NCBI GenBank assembly: GCA_018712275.1
Contig: DVHI01000096.1
Location: 107-64,106 of the forward strand
Reading direction: 5' to 3'
Length of the DNA: 64,000 nt
Source of the DNA: Candidatus Coprenecus avistercoris
GTDB lineage: Bacteria > Bacteroidota > Bacteroidia > Bacteroidales > UBA932
Below, in pieces: positions 39,020-49,350 of the stretch (the first letter of the stretch is position 1; each line of letters begins with the position of its first letter). A model generated the notes under the pieces. It saw only the letters and a program-made list of their open reading frames with translations. It had not been told where the DNA came from and did no database searches. The position numbers were made by a program, and so were the translations under genes.

Positions 39020-40357
39020 TTACTTTTTAGGACGGCTGCGCATGATACGCATCACATCGGCCTTGCCGGTGCGGATGTAGTCGAGCAGCGGTATATATGC
39101 GGGACAGGTGAACATGCAGCATCCGCACTCGATGCAGTCGTACACCTTGTGCTCCTCCAGCTCCTCCATGCGGCCGGCACGTGAGAGCTTGTTGAGCAGA
39201 TAGGGCTCCAGCCCCATAGGACAGGCCTCAACACATTTGCCGCAGCGGATGCACTCGCCCTCGGCATGGCGGCGGGTCTGTTCCTCGGTAAGCAGAAGCA
39301 GGGACGAGGAGCTCTTGACGGTGGCGGCGGACAGATTGGACACAGCCTTGCCCATCATGGGACCTCCGCTGATGATCTTGGCCGCAGTCTGCGGCACTCC
39401 GCCCACATACTCCAGGATACGGTCAAATGTGGTGCCGGTACGTACCAGGAAGTTGTGCTGTCCTCCCAGGCACTGTCCGGTAATGGTCATCACTCCCTCA
39501 AAAAGAGGCTTGTTCTTCTGTACGGCCTCATACACGGCGTAGGAAGTACCCACGTTCTGCACCACTACCCCGGTATCGATGGGCAGACCCATCGAGGGCA
39601 CCTTTCGGCCGGTGACAGCGTCGATGAGCTGCTTCTCACCGCCCTGGGGGTATTTCTTCTTCAGAGGAACCACCTCTATCTCCGTATAGGAGGATGCGGT
39701 CAGCCTACGCATGGCCTCTATGGCGGCGGGCTTATTGTCCTCTATGCCGATATAACCTTTGGTCACACCCAGGGCCTTCATCATGATACGGGCGCCCAGC
39801 AGGACCTCTTCCGGATGCTCGACCATCAGGCGGTAGTCCGAGGTAAGATAAGGCTCGCACTCCGCTCCGTTGATTATAAGGAACTCGGCCTTCTTCCCTG
39901 GAGGGGGGGAGAGCTTGACGTGGGTCGGGAAAGAAGCTCCTCCCATTCCCACTATGCCGCAGTCGGCAATCCTCTTGACAATCTCAGCAGGACTCAGGGT
40001 TATCTCCCTGACTACGTCCGGGGTACGGTCAATGGACTCCTCCCATTCGTCTCCATCCACGTCTATGACCACGTGCATCACCGGGTTGCCGGCCAGGTCG
40101 GCGTATGGCTCGACGGCGGCTACTGTACCGGATACGGAGCTGTGGATATTGGCGGAGATGAAACCGGCGGAGGCTCCTATCATCTGTCCGACCCTTACCT
40201 TGTCGCCTTTCTGGACAAGGGGCTTGGCCGGTGCTCCCAGATGCTGGGACATGGAAATGTACATCCTCTGTGGCAGAGGGAATATCTCTATCGCTGAATC
40301 AGCGGATATCTTGCAGTCGCGCGGGTGGACACCACCCATTGAAAATGTACGTCTCAT
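39020..40357 (-). CDS. rnfC: Rnf complex subunit C
   Basis: It has the NADH/FMN motif GMGGASFPTHVK and two 4Fe-4S motifs, CIRCGKCVEACP and CIECGCCMFTCP. Confidence 0.9.
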   Translation of the reverse strand: MRRTFSMGGVHPRDCKISADSAIEIFPLPQRMYISMSQHLGAPAKPLVQKGDKVRVGQMIGASAGFISANIHSSVSGTVAAVEPYADLAGNPVMHVVIDVDGDEWEESIDRTPDVVREITLSPAEIVKRIADCGIVGMGGASFPTHVKLSPPPGKKAEFLIINGAECEPYLTSDYRLMVEHPEEVLLGARIMMKALGVTKGYIGIEDNKPAAIEAMRRLTASSYTEIEVVPLKKKYPQGGEKQLIDAVTGRKVPSMGLPIDTGVVVQNVGTSYAVYEAVQKNKPLFEGVMTITGQCLGGQHNFLVRTGTTFDRILEYVGGVPQTAAKIISGGPMMGKAVSNLSAATVKSSSSLLLLTEEQTRRHAEGECIRCGKCVEACPMGLEPYLLNKLSRAGRMEELEEHKVYDCIECGCCMFTCPAYIPLLDYIRTGKADVMRIMRSRPKK

Positions 40358-40361
40358 GCGG

Positions 40362-41258
40362 TTATTCTTTAGGTGTTTCTGCTGCAGGGGCGGGTGCCGC
40401 CGCGGGGGCAGCTTCGGGTGTGGCGGGAGCGGCCGGCTTCGGAGGGAAGTTCACGGCGTGAATGGCTCCCGTGGGGCACTCGGCAACGCACTTACGGCAG
40501 AGCTTGCATTTGTTGAAATCGATGTAGGCCAGATTGTTCTCTACTGTGATGGCGCCGAAGGGGCAGGTCTTCTCGCACTTGCGGCAGCCGATGCAGGCGG
40601 CAGTGCAGGCCTTGCGGGCTGTTCCGCCCTTGTCCTGATTCATGCAGGAAACAAAGACACGGCGGTTCTTAGGACCCTTGTTGCGAAGTTCGATGATGCC
40701 CTTGGGACATGCCTTGACGCAGGCTCCGCAGGCAGTACACCTGTCCTCGTCAACTTCGGGGATGAGGGTTTCGGGATTAACCCTAATGGCGCCGAACTGG
40801 CAGGCCTTCTCACAGTCCCCGCAGCCCAGGCAGCCGTACCGGCACGCAGTGTCTCCGCTGTAGAGGGTGCTCATGATGCGGCAGGAGGAGGAGCCGTCGT
40901 ACTCGTTGGTGCGCACCCTGTTGGCACAGGTACCGTTGCACCTTACCACGGCCACCATGGGAGCCTTCTCCTCCATGGCGACTCCGAGATGAGCGGCCAC
41001 TTTCTGCATGACGGCATTGCCGCCTACAGGACAGAACTTGCCGTCAAGGGACTTGGACTTGACGCAGGCCTCGGCGAAAGCCCGGCAGCCGGCAAAGCCG
41101 CAGCCGCCGCAGTTGGCTCCCGGCATGGTGGCCTCGATGACATCAATGAGGGGATCCTCCACCACCTGGAACTTCTTCGCAACGAGGAATAGAACTACCG
41201 CCAGCAGCAATCCCAGCACGCTGAGAATGACGACAGTGAAAATAAATGTTGTACCCAT
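40362..41258 (-). CDS. rnfB: Rnf complex subunit B (polyferredoxin), Ala/Pro-rich C-terminal tail
   Basis: It has an N-terminal transmembrane helix, CGGCGFAGC, and several CxxCxxCxxxCP ferredoxin motifs. Confidence 0.9.
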   Translation of the reverse strand: MGTTFIFTVVILSVLGLLLAVVLFLVAKKFQVVEDPLIDVIEATMPGANCGGCGFAGCRAFAEACVKSKSLDGKFCPVGGNAVMQKVAAHLGVAMEEKAPMVAVVRCNGTCANRVRTNEYDGSSSCRIMSTLYSGDTACRYGCLGCGDCEKACQFGAIRVNPETLIPEVDEDRCTACGACVKACPKGIIELRNKGPKNRRVFVSCMNQDKGGTARKACTAACIGCRKCEKTCPFGAITVENNLAYIDFNKCKLCRKCVAECPTGAIHAVNFPPKPAAPATPEAAPAAAPAPAAETPKE

Positions 41259-41264
41259 CTGTTG

Positions 41265-41705
41265 TTAGTTATTAATCTTTTCAACCGTAAATACGAATCC
41301 GCTGTTGAGCCTGTCCCTGAACTGAGCGAGCACCAGGTAATAAAGAGCCACGAATCCCAGTGCCCCGAGCCCCGTCACCAGTTCATTCTCAAAAAACAGA
41401 GGCAAAGTTAATAATAAAACCAATAGAATGAACAAAGGAATTAAATAAGCGATAAAAACCGCCTTGAAGCCCTGTCCCTGACGGATAACCACATTGACCC
41501 TGTCCTCCGGCCTGATTTTCCCGTCGTCCTCGCGGCGGATGGTTATTACACGGCTCTCACCGTTGGAAGCCCCGCAGACAGCCTTGGCGTGACATGCCGC
41601 GCAGGCCGTCTGAGCCAGTATCTCGACCTTGGTCTGGACCGAGGTGACGGACAGTACCCGTCCCTCGTGCCTGATTACTGCTGATGATGACTGTTGCTGT
41701 TTCAT
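41265..41705 (-). CDS. RseC/MucC-family (SoxR-reducing system) protein
   Basis: It is 146 aa long, with an N-terminal Cys pair (CAACHAKAVCG) and two C-terminal transmembrane helices. It leads the rnf operon. Confidence 0.75.
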   Translation of the reverse strand: MKQQQSSSAVIRHEGRVLSVTSVQTKVEILAQTACAACHAKAVCGASNGESRVITIRREDDGKIRPEDRVNVVIRQGQGFKAVFIAYLIPLFILLVLLLTLPLFFENELVTGLGALGFVALYYLVLAQFRDRLNSGFVFTVEKINN

Positions 41706-42571
41706 TTTCTATTGTTTTTAATGACCTTACATTCTTCCAGAGGATAGCGCAGCCCGTCCCAGTCCGACAGTCGTCCGAAGACAGACCCGACGATGATGGG
41801 CGATTCGAAGAGCAGCGGAACCCTATTCATGTCATCCGACACCCAGATAATCATCTCCTGCTCGCCGGTAAACACCTCCCCGGCCACTACCTTGGCGGCG
41901 AACTTGAGAGTCCTGAACACACCCAGCCCGGGCACCCTCTTCTCCTCCCTTCCGATAAAACGGAAATAGATATCGAATATCTCCTCGTCTATAACGAAGG
42001 AAACAGGATTGTTCACTCCGGGTTTCAGTGCCTCCAGGTCCATATTACGGGCATTGTAGAACAGGGTCAGCACATCGAATGTGCACTCATGGCCGGGCAG
42101 AAGGGTATCCCTCACACCGGAGCGCCTGACCACCTGCGCGTCTATGGCATGGGTCGTGTCGTCCCATTGAAAATAATTCTGGATAGTGTACTTGCCCTCG
42201 TGTATGTCCCGGTGGAAATATACCGGCCGGACGCTGTCCTCGTAGAACACCGATTCATAGCGGTCCCTCACCTTAAAAAAGACATCCCAGAACCGGTAGG
42301 TCGTACCCACCGCCACCGGATGCAGCAGCCGGCGTCCGTTACGGGTACCGCCGTCCAGGAGATTGACCTCGGCGGCTCCGACATCGGTGCGTATACCCAG
42401 CCACTTATAATGGATAATGTAGGACAGCCTCTCCCCCAGGGCAAAGGCATGGTCCTCCTCCAGGGCAGGATGGACCGGATAGCATTGGCCCTGAAGCTGC
42501 CGGGGCAGTACCGCGCACAGGATGAGCGCCAGCCCGGCCACAGCTGCGATATATCTAGAACTCCTGTTCAA
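41702..42571 (-). CDS. DUF3108 domain protein (secreted)
   Basis: It has a signal peptide, and its size and pattern are DUF3108-like (YKWLGIRTDVGAAEVNL). The assignment is from memory of the family. Confidence 0.6.
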   Translation of the reverse strand: MNRSSRYIAAVAGLALILCAVLPRQLQGQCYPVHPALEEDHAFALGERLSYIIHYKWLGIRTDVGAAEVNLLDGGTRNGRRLLHPVAVGTTYRFWDVFFKVRDRYESVFYEDSVRPVYFHRDIHEGKYTIQNYFQWDDTTHAIDAQVVRRSGVRDTLLPGHECTFDVLTLFYNARNMDLEALKPGVNNPVSFVIDEEIFDIYFRFIGREEKRVPGLGVFRTLKFAAKVVAGEVFTGEQEMIIWVSDDMNRVPLLFESPIIVGSVFGRLSDWDGLRYPLEECKVIKNNRK

Positions 42572-44030
42572 ATTCCGAATTGTTCATGCTCGACTCCACT
42601 CCCTGATATTCCTCCACATCGTCCTCCGGCACGATGAAGCCTCCTTCGTTGGCATCCACGAAACGGGCCTCGTTCTTGCGGAATATCATGGGCACCACAT
42701 CGGTGGAGCCGTTACGGTGCTTGGCTATGATGATCTGGGCCTGTCCGGGCACCGCTCCCTCATCCTCCGTGCCGTAATAGTCCGGACGATGGATGAACAT
42801 CACGATATCCGCGTCCTGCTCTATGGCTCCGGACTCACGCAGGTCACTCAGCTGCGGAATCTTGTTGCCTCCGCGCTTCTCCACATCACGGCTGAGCTGT
42901 GACAGAGCGATGACGGGGATGGACATCTCCTTGGCTATAGCCTTGAGCGAGCGGGAAATATTGGACACCTCCTGCTCCCTCATGCCCCTCAGTTCCGGAG
43001 GGCCGGTCATCAGCTGCAGGTAGTCGATGATGATGAGCTTGACTCCCGCGTTGCGCACCAGACGGCGTACCTTGGAGCGCAGCTCGTATATGGAGATGGA
43101 CGGTGTGTCGTCTATGAACAGGGGTGCGGCCGAAAGATCCTTGATACGCTCGTGCAGCTGCACCAGCTCGTAGTCCAGCAGCCTCTTGCCGCCGCGGATC
43201 TTCTCCGAGGAAAGCCCCGTCTCTGAGACCAGAAGCCTCTTGACCAGCTGCTTGGAGGACATCTCCAGGGAGAAGAACGCCACCGGGATATGATGGTCCA
43301 CGGCCATATTGCGGGCCATGGTCAGCACGAAGGCCGTCTTACCCATCGAAGGACGGGCCGCGATGATCACCAGGTCGGACTCCTGCCAGCCCAGGGTCAC
43401 CTTGTCGATGCCGGTAAAGCCAGAGGGCACTCCGCTCAGGCCGTCGGTACGGTCCTGGTTGGCCTCTATCTCCGCCACGGTGTCCTTGAGCACGTCCTGC
43501 ACCGGAAGAGTCTCCCGCTTCATATTCCGCTCAGCCAGCTCGAAAAGCTTCTGCTGCGCGTTGTTGAGCAGGTCGTCCACCGGTATGCTGTCATCGAATG
43601 AGTCGCGCTGCACCTCCGCCGAGATGGTGATCAACTCCCTCTGTATGTGTTTCTGAAGCAATATATTGACATGGTACTCGACATGCGCGGCCGCTCCCAC
43701 CTTGGAGGAGAGCAGGCTGAGGTAGTACGGTCCTCCCACCGCCTCCAGGTCTCCCGTCCGCTTGAGGGCCTCGGCCACGGTGAATATATCCACCGGCTCA
43801 TGGTCCTTGGTGAGGGCGGAAATGGCCGAGAATATCTTGCGGTTGGCCTCCTTGTAGAAACATTCGGCGGTCAGGCGCTCCAGCACATCCGGCACGCAGT
43901 TGGGCTCGATCATCATCGCTCCCAGCACGGCCTCCTCCACATCCACGGCCTGAGGGGGCACCTTGCCGGCCTCCAGTCCGAGGGCGTCGATAGAGACTTC
44001 CTTTTTCTTGGTTCTCACAGTCTTTGCCAT
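42555..44030 (-). CDS. dnaB: replicative DNA helicase
   Basis: It has Walker A (ARPSMGKTAF) and Walker B (IIIDYLQLM) motifs and the SQLSR motif. Confidence 0.95.
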   Translation of the reverse strand: MAKTVRTKKKEVSIDALGLEAGKVPPQAVDVEEAVLGAMMIEPNCVPDVLERLTAECFYKEANRKIFSAISALTKDHEPVDIFTVAEALKRTGDLEAVGGPYYLSLLSSKVGAAAHVEYHVNILLQKHIQRELITISAEVQRDSFDDSIPVDDLLNNAQQKLFELAERNMKRETLPVQDVLKDTVAEIEANQDRTDGLSGVPSGFTGIDKVTLGWQESDLVIIAARPSMGKTAFVLTMARNMAVDHHIPVAFFSLEMSSKQLVKRLLVSETGLSSEKIRGGKRLLDYELVQLHERIKDLSAAPLFIDDTPSISIYELRSKVRRLVRNAGVKLIIIDYLQLMTGPPELRGMREQEVSNISRSLKAIAKEMSIPVIALSQLSRDVEKRGGNKIPQLSDLRESGAIEQDADIVMFIHRPDYYGTEDEGAVPGQAQIIIAKHRNGSTDVVPMIFRKNEARFVDANEGGFIVPEDDVEEYQGVESSMNNSEFEQEF

Positions 44031-44034
44031 ACCG

Positions 44035-45213
<1,179 letters not shown>

Positions 45214-45218
45214 AGTCC

Positions 45219-46049
45219 TCAGTCCTTCGGCTTATCTTCCTCGAAGTCGGGACTTACCAGGATACGGCCGCAGTACTCGCAGACGATAATCTTCTTGTTC
45301 TGGGCGATGTCGAGCTGCCTCTGGGGCGGAATCTTGTTGAAGCATCCGCCGCAGGCATCCCTCTTGACGGTAACCACCGCCAGACCGTTGTGGGCATTGG
45401 CCCTCACCTTCTCGTATGCGGCAAGGGTTCTGGCATCGATGGAGGCCTTGAGCTCGGCGATCTCCTTGGTCAGAGCCTCTTCCTCCTTGGCTGTCTCCTC
45501 CGTGATGGACTCACACTCCTTCCTCTTCTCCTCCAGGTCAGCCTCCTTCTGGGCAATGGCGCTCTGAGTAGCTGTCACTGCGGCCTTCAGTTCGGAGATG
45601 CGGGCGTTCTTCTCGCCTATGCGCTTGTTGGCCAGCTCGAGCTCCAGCTGCTGATACTCCACCTCACGGGAGATGGACACATACTCCCTGTTGTTCTTGA
45701 CATTGGCCTGCTGCTCCTGATACTTGGCGATGGCAGCCTTGCTGTTCTCCGCCTCTATCTTCTTCTGAGCCACGAACTTCTCTGCATCGGCCATCTCCTC
45801 GCGGATCTTGCCCAGACGGGTCTTGAGGCCCTCTATCTCATCCTCCAGGTCGCGGATCTCATCGGGAAGCTCACCGAGCAGCATGTGGATCTCGTCGATC
45901 TTGGAATCCTTCTGCTGGATCATGTACAGGGTGTGGAGCTTGTGCTCCATCCCGGCGTCACTGTCGTTGATGCTCTTGGAGAGGGACATGAACGTCTCCC
46001 GCCTGTCGATAGGGGTGTCTATCACATTCTTCTGTTTAGTTGTAGCCAT
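45219..46049 (-). CDS. DUF164 coiled-coil protein with C-terminal C4 zinc ribbon
   Basis: It has a long coiled coil followed by CGGC...CEYCGRIL. It is adjacent to Nif3, as is common for this family. Confidence 0.8.
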   Translation of the reverse strand: MATTKQKNVIDTPIDRRETFMSLSKSINDSDAGMEHKLHTLYMIQQKDSKIDEIHMLLGELPDEIRDLEDEIEGLKTRLGKIREEMADAEKFVAQKKIEAENSKAAIAKYQEQQANVKNNREYVSISREVEYQQLELELANKRIGEKNARISELKAAVTATQSAIAQKEADLEEKRKECESITEETAKEEEALTKEIAELKASIDARTLAAYEKVRANAHNGLAVVTVKRDACGGCFNKIPPQRQLDIAQNKKIIVCEYCGRILVSPDFEEDKPKD

Positions 46050-46057
46050 ATCTGTTC

Positions 46058-46834
46058 TTAAAAATAATATACTGGGTTGATTCTACTGCTCCGAGCAGTA
46101 TGGACGGCAAAGTTAGGAATTTTTTCCCTAAGGATATCACATATCACACCGATTATCTCCGCCTCGCTCTCAAAATGTCCTATATCGGCTATCATCATGC
46201 CGTCGGGAGCATAGAAATCGTGGTAGGAAATATCTCCCGAAACATAGATGTCAGCACCTGCGGCCAGAGCCGCTCCTATCAGCGAACGGCCGCTTCCGCC
46301 GCACAGGGCGACATTACGCAGCAGCCCAGGCAGCGGCCGCGAACAGCGGACTGTACTCAGACTCAGAGCGGACTTAAGATGTCCCAGAAATGCCTCCGCT
46401 CCCATAGGCTCGGGCAGCGAACCTATGACACCAAGACCGTTTCCCTCAGCATCGGCATCCAGAACCCTCACGTCCTTAAGACCTATGCGTGCAGCCGTAG
46501 TACCGCTGACCCCACCCAGGACCTTATCCATATTCGTATGACATGCATAGACTGTAATCCCATTGCGGATTGCCGATATTATCGTCCGGCCGAGGGAAGT
46601 TGCCTCTGATATTTTCTTGACTCCACCGAAGATGAGTGGATGATGTGTAACCACCATATCTGCTCCGGCGGAGACTGCCTCCGCGATGAGCCCTTCCGTA
46701 CAGTCAAAGCCCACCATGACACCATGAACCTCTGAGTTGCCGTCACCGATGCAGAACCCGCTGTTGTCCCAGGACTCCTGAAGGCGCAGGGGTGCAGCCG
46801 CCTCAATGACGGACGCTATCTCCGACGCTTTCAT
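46058..46834 (-). CDS. Nif3-like dinuclear metal centre protein
   Basis: It carries the motifs WDNSG, VVTHHP and HTNMD, and has a C-terminal HF.SE. Confidence 0.85.
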   Translation of the reverse strand: MKASEIASVIEAAAPLRLQESWDNSGFCIGDGNSEVHGVMVGFDCTEGLIAEAVSAGADMVVTHHPLIFGGVKKISEATSLGRTIISAIRNGITVYACHTNMDKVLGGVSGTTAARIGLKDVRVLDADAEGNGLGVIGSLPEPMGAEAFLGHLKSALSLSTVRCSRPLPGLLRNVALCGGSGRSLIGAALAAGADIYVSGDISYHDFYAPDGMMIADIGHFESEAEIIGVICDILREKIPNFAVHTARSSRINPVYYF

Positions 46835-47175
46835 CGTTCCAGGGATTTGGAGATATCCAGAAGAGATTCCCTGATGCCGCGCAGGCGCTCGACCACCTCG
46901 GTACGGGTATCCAGTCCCTCCCGGTTGTTCTTCATACGGGCTGCAGCTCCGTCAAGTGTCATTTTCAGGTCCTTGACCAGATGATGGATGATCTTCAGGT
47001 TCTCCACATCCGCAGGAGTGAACTTCCGGTTGCCCTTACGGTTGCGCTCAGGTCTTACGAAGTCCGAGAAAGTGTCCGACCAGAAACGGACCAGCGACGT
47101 GCTCTCGCCGAGAATCTCAGCCACCTCGCCAATGCTGTAGTACAGCTTCTCCGGTTTATATTCCTTGTACGGCAT
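46831..47175 (-). CDS. MerR-family transcriptional regulator
   Basis: It has the N-terminal HTH YSIGEVAEILGESTSLVRFW and RNRKGNRKFT. It is 114 aa long. Confidence 0.8.
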   Translation of the reverse strand: MPYKEYKPEKLYYSIGEVAEILGESTSLVRFWSDTFSDFVRPERNRKGNRKFTPADVENLKIIHHLVKDLKMTLDGAAARMKNNREGLDTRTEVVERLRGIRESLLDISKSLER

Positions 47176-47187
47176 GACTATAGTGTG

Positions 47188-48144
47188 TTAATCGAGTGAT
47201 TGTCCTGTGTTGACCGCATACATGAGCAGCTCGCCGAAATGCTCCGTATCCAGCTCACCGTTGAAAAAGTTCAGCGGGTCCAGCTGTGCTCCATTGAGAA
47301 TCACCTCATAATGGAGATGAGGCGCAAAGGAAGTGCCGCTGTTGCCGGTACGGCCGATCACGTCTCCGCGACGGACCTTCTGCCCCTTGCGCACCAGCAG
47401 ATCGGACAGATGGGCATAGACTGTCTCATAACCGTTGCCGTGATCTATGACTATACGTGTGCCCTGCAGTTTCTGGGCCCTGTCCACCGACTCTACCCGT
47501 CCGTCTGCCGTAGCCCTGACCTCCACTCCCACCGGAGCCACCAGGTCAAGTCCACCATGATAGACCACCTGTTTATAAAAAGGGTGCATCTTGCGTCCGA
47601 CGGAGGCTCCTACATTGTCCAGAGGGAAATTCTCTATAGGCAGTATCGACGGTATCCTCGCCAAAGAATCCTTGTCTGCTCCATTCAGTTCCTCGTTTAT
47701 CTGGGAGATGAGTCCGTCACAATAGTCGAACTCCACCAGCATGCGGCCCGCCTTCTGATAGGTATGCGAGATGACGGCCTCGCTGAACAGAGTATCCGAG
47801 GTATAGTTCATAGAAGATGAATCTGAGAATGTCAGTTCCGGGAAGTCGGTGTTGAACAGCTCCCTGTATATGCTTTCGTCTTTCAGACTCAGCTCCGCCA
47901 CCGCATTCTCCAGCAGCTGGGTCTGAGATGCCAGCTCGTCATAGCGTTCCTCTATCAGGCGGCTCTCGGAAATCATCATCTTCTCTTCGTCGGAAGAAAA
48001 GAACAATGTGAATATCAAGTAGTAGAATATCACCAGAGCCAGTGTGTACGCAAGTCCCTTCAGCACCCTCAGGACATGATAGCCGACCGAGTGCCTATCC
48101 TCTACAAAATCCAATAGGTCCTTATCGTATTTGAGCTTGCCCAT
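47188..48144 (-). CDS. M23 family metallopeptidase (membrane-anchored)
   Basis: It has an N-terminal transmembrane helix and the motifs HGGLDL (HxxxD) and GNSGTSFAPHLHYEV (HxH). Confidence 0.85.
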   Translation of the reverse strand: MGKLKYDKDLLDFVEDRHSVGYHVLRVLKGLAYTLALVIFYYLIFTLFFSSDEEKMMISESRLIEERYDELASQTQLLENAVAELSLKDESIYRELFNTDFPELTFSDSSSMNYTSDTLFSEAVISHTYQKAGRMLVEFDYCDGLISQINEELNGADKDSLARIPSILPIENFPLDNVGASVGRKMHPFYKQVVYHGGLDLVAPVGVEVRATADGRVESVDRAQKLQGTRIVIDHGNGYETVYAHLSDLLVRKGQKVRRGDVIGRTGNSGTSFAPHLHYEVILNGAQLDPLNFFNGELDTEHFGELLMYAVNTGQSLD

Positions 48145-48148
48145 GACG

Positions 48149-49144
48149 TCAGCTCATAGGTTTCTCGTTGGAGGAGTCGATGATAGCGGCATAATCCTCG
48201 GGGAGGATATCCTTGTTGTAGTAATTCACGGGGTTGACGTGACGGTTCATATAGATGACCTCGTAATGGAGGTGAGTGCCGGTGGAGCGGCCGGTGTTGC
48301 CCATCTCTCCGATGAGCTGACCGCGCTTGACTTCCTGTCCCTTGACTACCAGAGCTTTGCTGAGATGGGCATATCTGGTCTTGTATCCGAAACCATGATC
48401 CACGAGGATATAACGGCCGTATCCTCCGGCGTCATAGCCTACATACTTGACCACTCCGTTGCCGGTAACATAGATAGGTTCGCCCTGCTTCCCGGACTTG
48501 GGAGCCAGATCCACTCCAAGATGCCTTCCGTAACGGTCCTTGAGTATAGGATCCACTCGGGTGCCGAAGCCTGAGGCCTGACGCACATGGGTATAGTTTA
48601 CGGGAGGTATGGTAGGTGCGCACAAAGCCATCTCGGCGGCTCTTTCAGAGACCAGCATCACTTGGTCAAAGGACTTGGACTGCACGTATGCCTTCTTGAG
48701 CAGCACGTCGGAAAGCATGACGGCTGACGTCAGCTTTCCTGTATAGTCCCGCTCACGGATATCTGCGTAGCGGTCCACTCCTCCGTAGCCGGCATTGCGG
48801 ATATCCTCGGGTATCTTCTCCATACCGAAGACAGAACGGTACAGGGAGTTGTCCCTGTTCTCCATATCCGCCAGCGCGGCCGAAGCCGACTCGAGCCTCC
48901 TCTGCTGCAGGTCCAGCTTGGAATGCCATTCTTTTGCGTCTCTCTCCACCAGCAGACGCTTGGGAGTCTTCAACTCAAAAACATCTGTAATAAGGTAAAG
49001 GGAAAGAACAAATACAGAAATGCTTGAAAAGACGTATAGAAGGATTGTCTTCAGATACCGCTGGAAGGTGGAAGGCTGCTTGACCACGTCATAGTCCAGA
49101 GTCTCCCGGTTGAGAACATATTGCTTATCTGTTTTTCTGCGCAT
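48149..49144 (-). CDS. M23 family metallopeptidase (membrane-anchored), tandem paralogue
   Basis: It has an N-terminal transmembrane helix and the motifs HLGVDL and GNTGRSTGTHLHYEV. Confidence 0.85.
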   Translation of the reverse strand: MRRKTDKQYVLNRETLDYDVVKQPSTFQRYLKTILLYVFSSISVFVLSLYLITDVFELKTPKRLLVERDAKEWHSKLDLQQRRLESASAALADMENRDNSLYRSVFGMEKIPEDIRNAGYGGVDRYADIRERDYTGKLTSAVMLSDVLLKKAYVQSKSFDQVMLVSERAAEMALCAPTIPPVNYTHVRQASGFGTRVDPILKDRYGRHLGVDLAPKSGKQGEPIYVTGNGVVKYVGYDAGGYGRYILVDHGFGYKTRYAHLSKALVVKGQEVKRGQLIGEMGNTGRSTGTHLHYEVIYMNRHVNPVNYYNKDILPEDYAAIIDSSNEKPMS

Positions 49145-49169
49145 AAATACTTTCTACCCAATTAACGCG

Positions 49170-49177
49170 CAAAAATA
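49170..49177 (-). promoter_or_regulatory. -7 box (TATTTTTG) upstream of the M23 gene pair
   Basis: The minus strand reads TATTTTTG about 25 nt upstream of the ATG at 49144. Confidence 0.3.
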
Positions 49178-49217
49178 CAAAAAATCCCCATTATCAAGAT
49201 AAATTTTTCTCTTTTCG

Positions 49218-49350
49218 ATGATTCCGCCGCCACAACTGCTCGGAGCAAAGCGACTAAGCCCGCCCCATCGGGGAGGGTTTGGGAGGGGGTGCCAGTGTTT
49301 AATTCCTGGCAACTGGTTTTCCTCCCTTATGATTCCGCCGCCACAACTGC
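49218..49350. repeat. 22-nt perfect direct repeat pair (49218-49239 and 49329-49350) flanking an 89-nt insert
   Basis: ATGATTCCGCCGCCACAACTGC occurs twice, 111 nt apart. The insert carries a G4/C-rich motif. It also carries one arm of an 11-bp inverted repeat, at 49301-49311, pairing with 49348-49358. Confidence 0.85.

Noticed and set aside
49218-49350. Possible mini-CRISPR array.
   Set aside because: There are only two repeat copies, each 22 nt, with a single 89-nt spacer. One copy lies inside a coding region. No cas genes or leader are present in the window.
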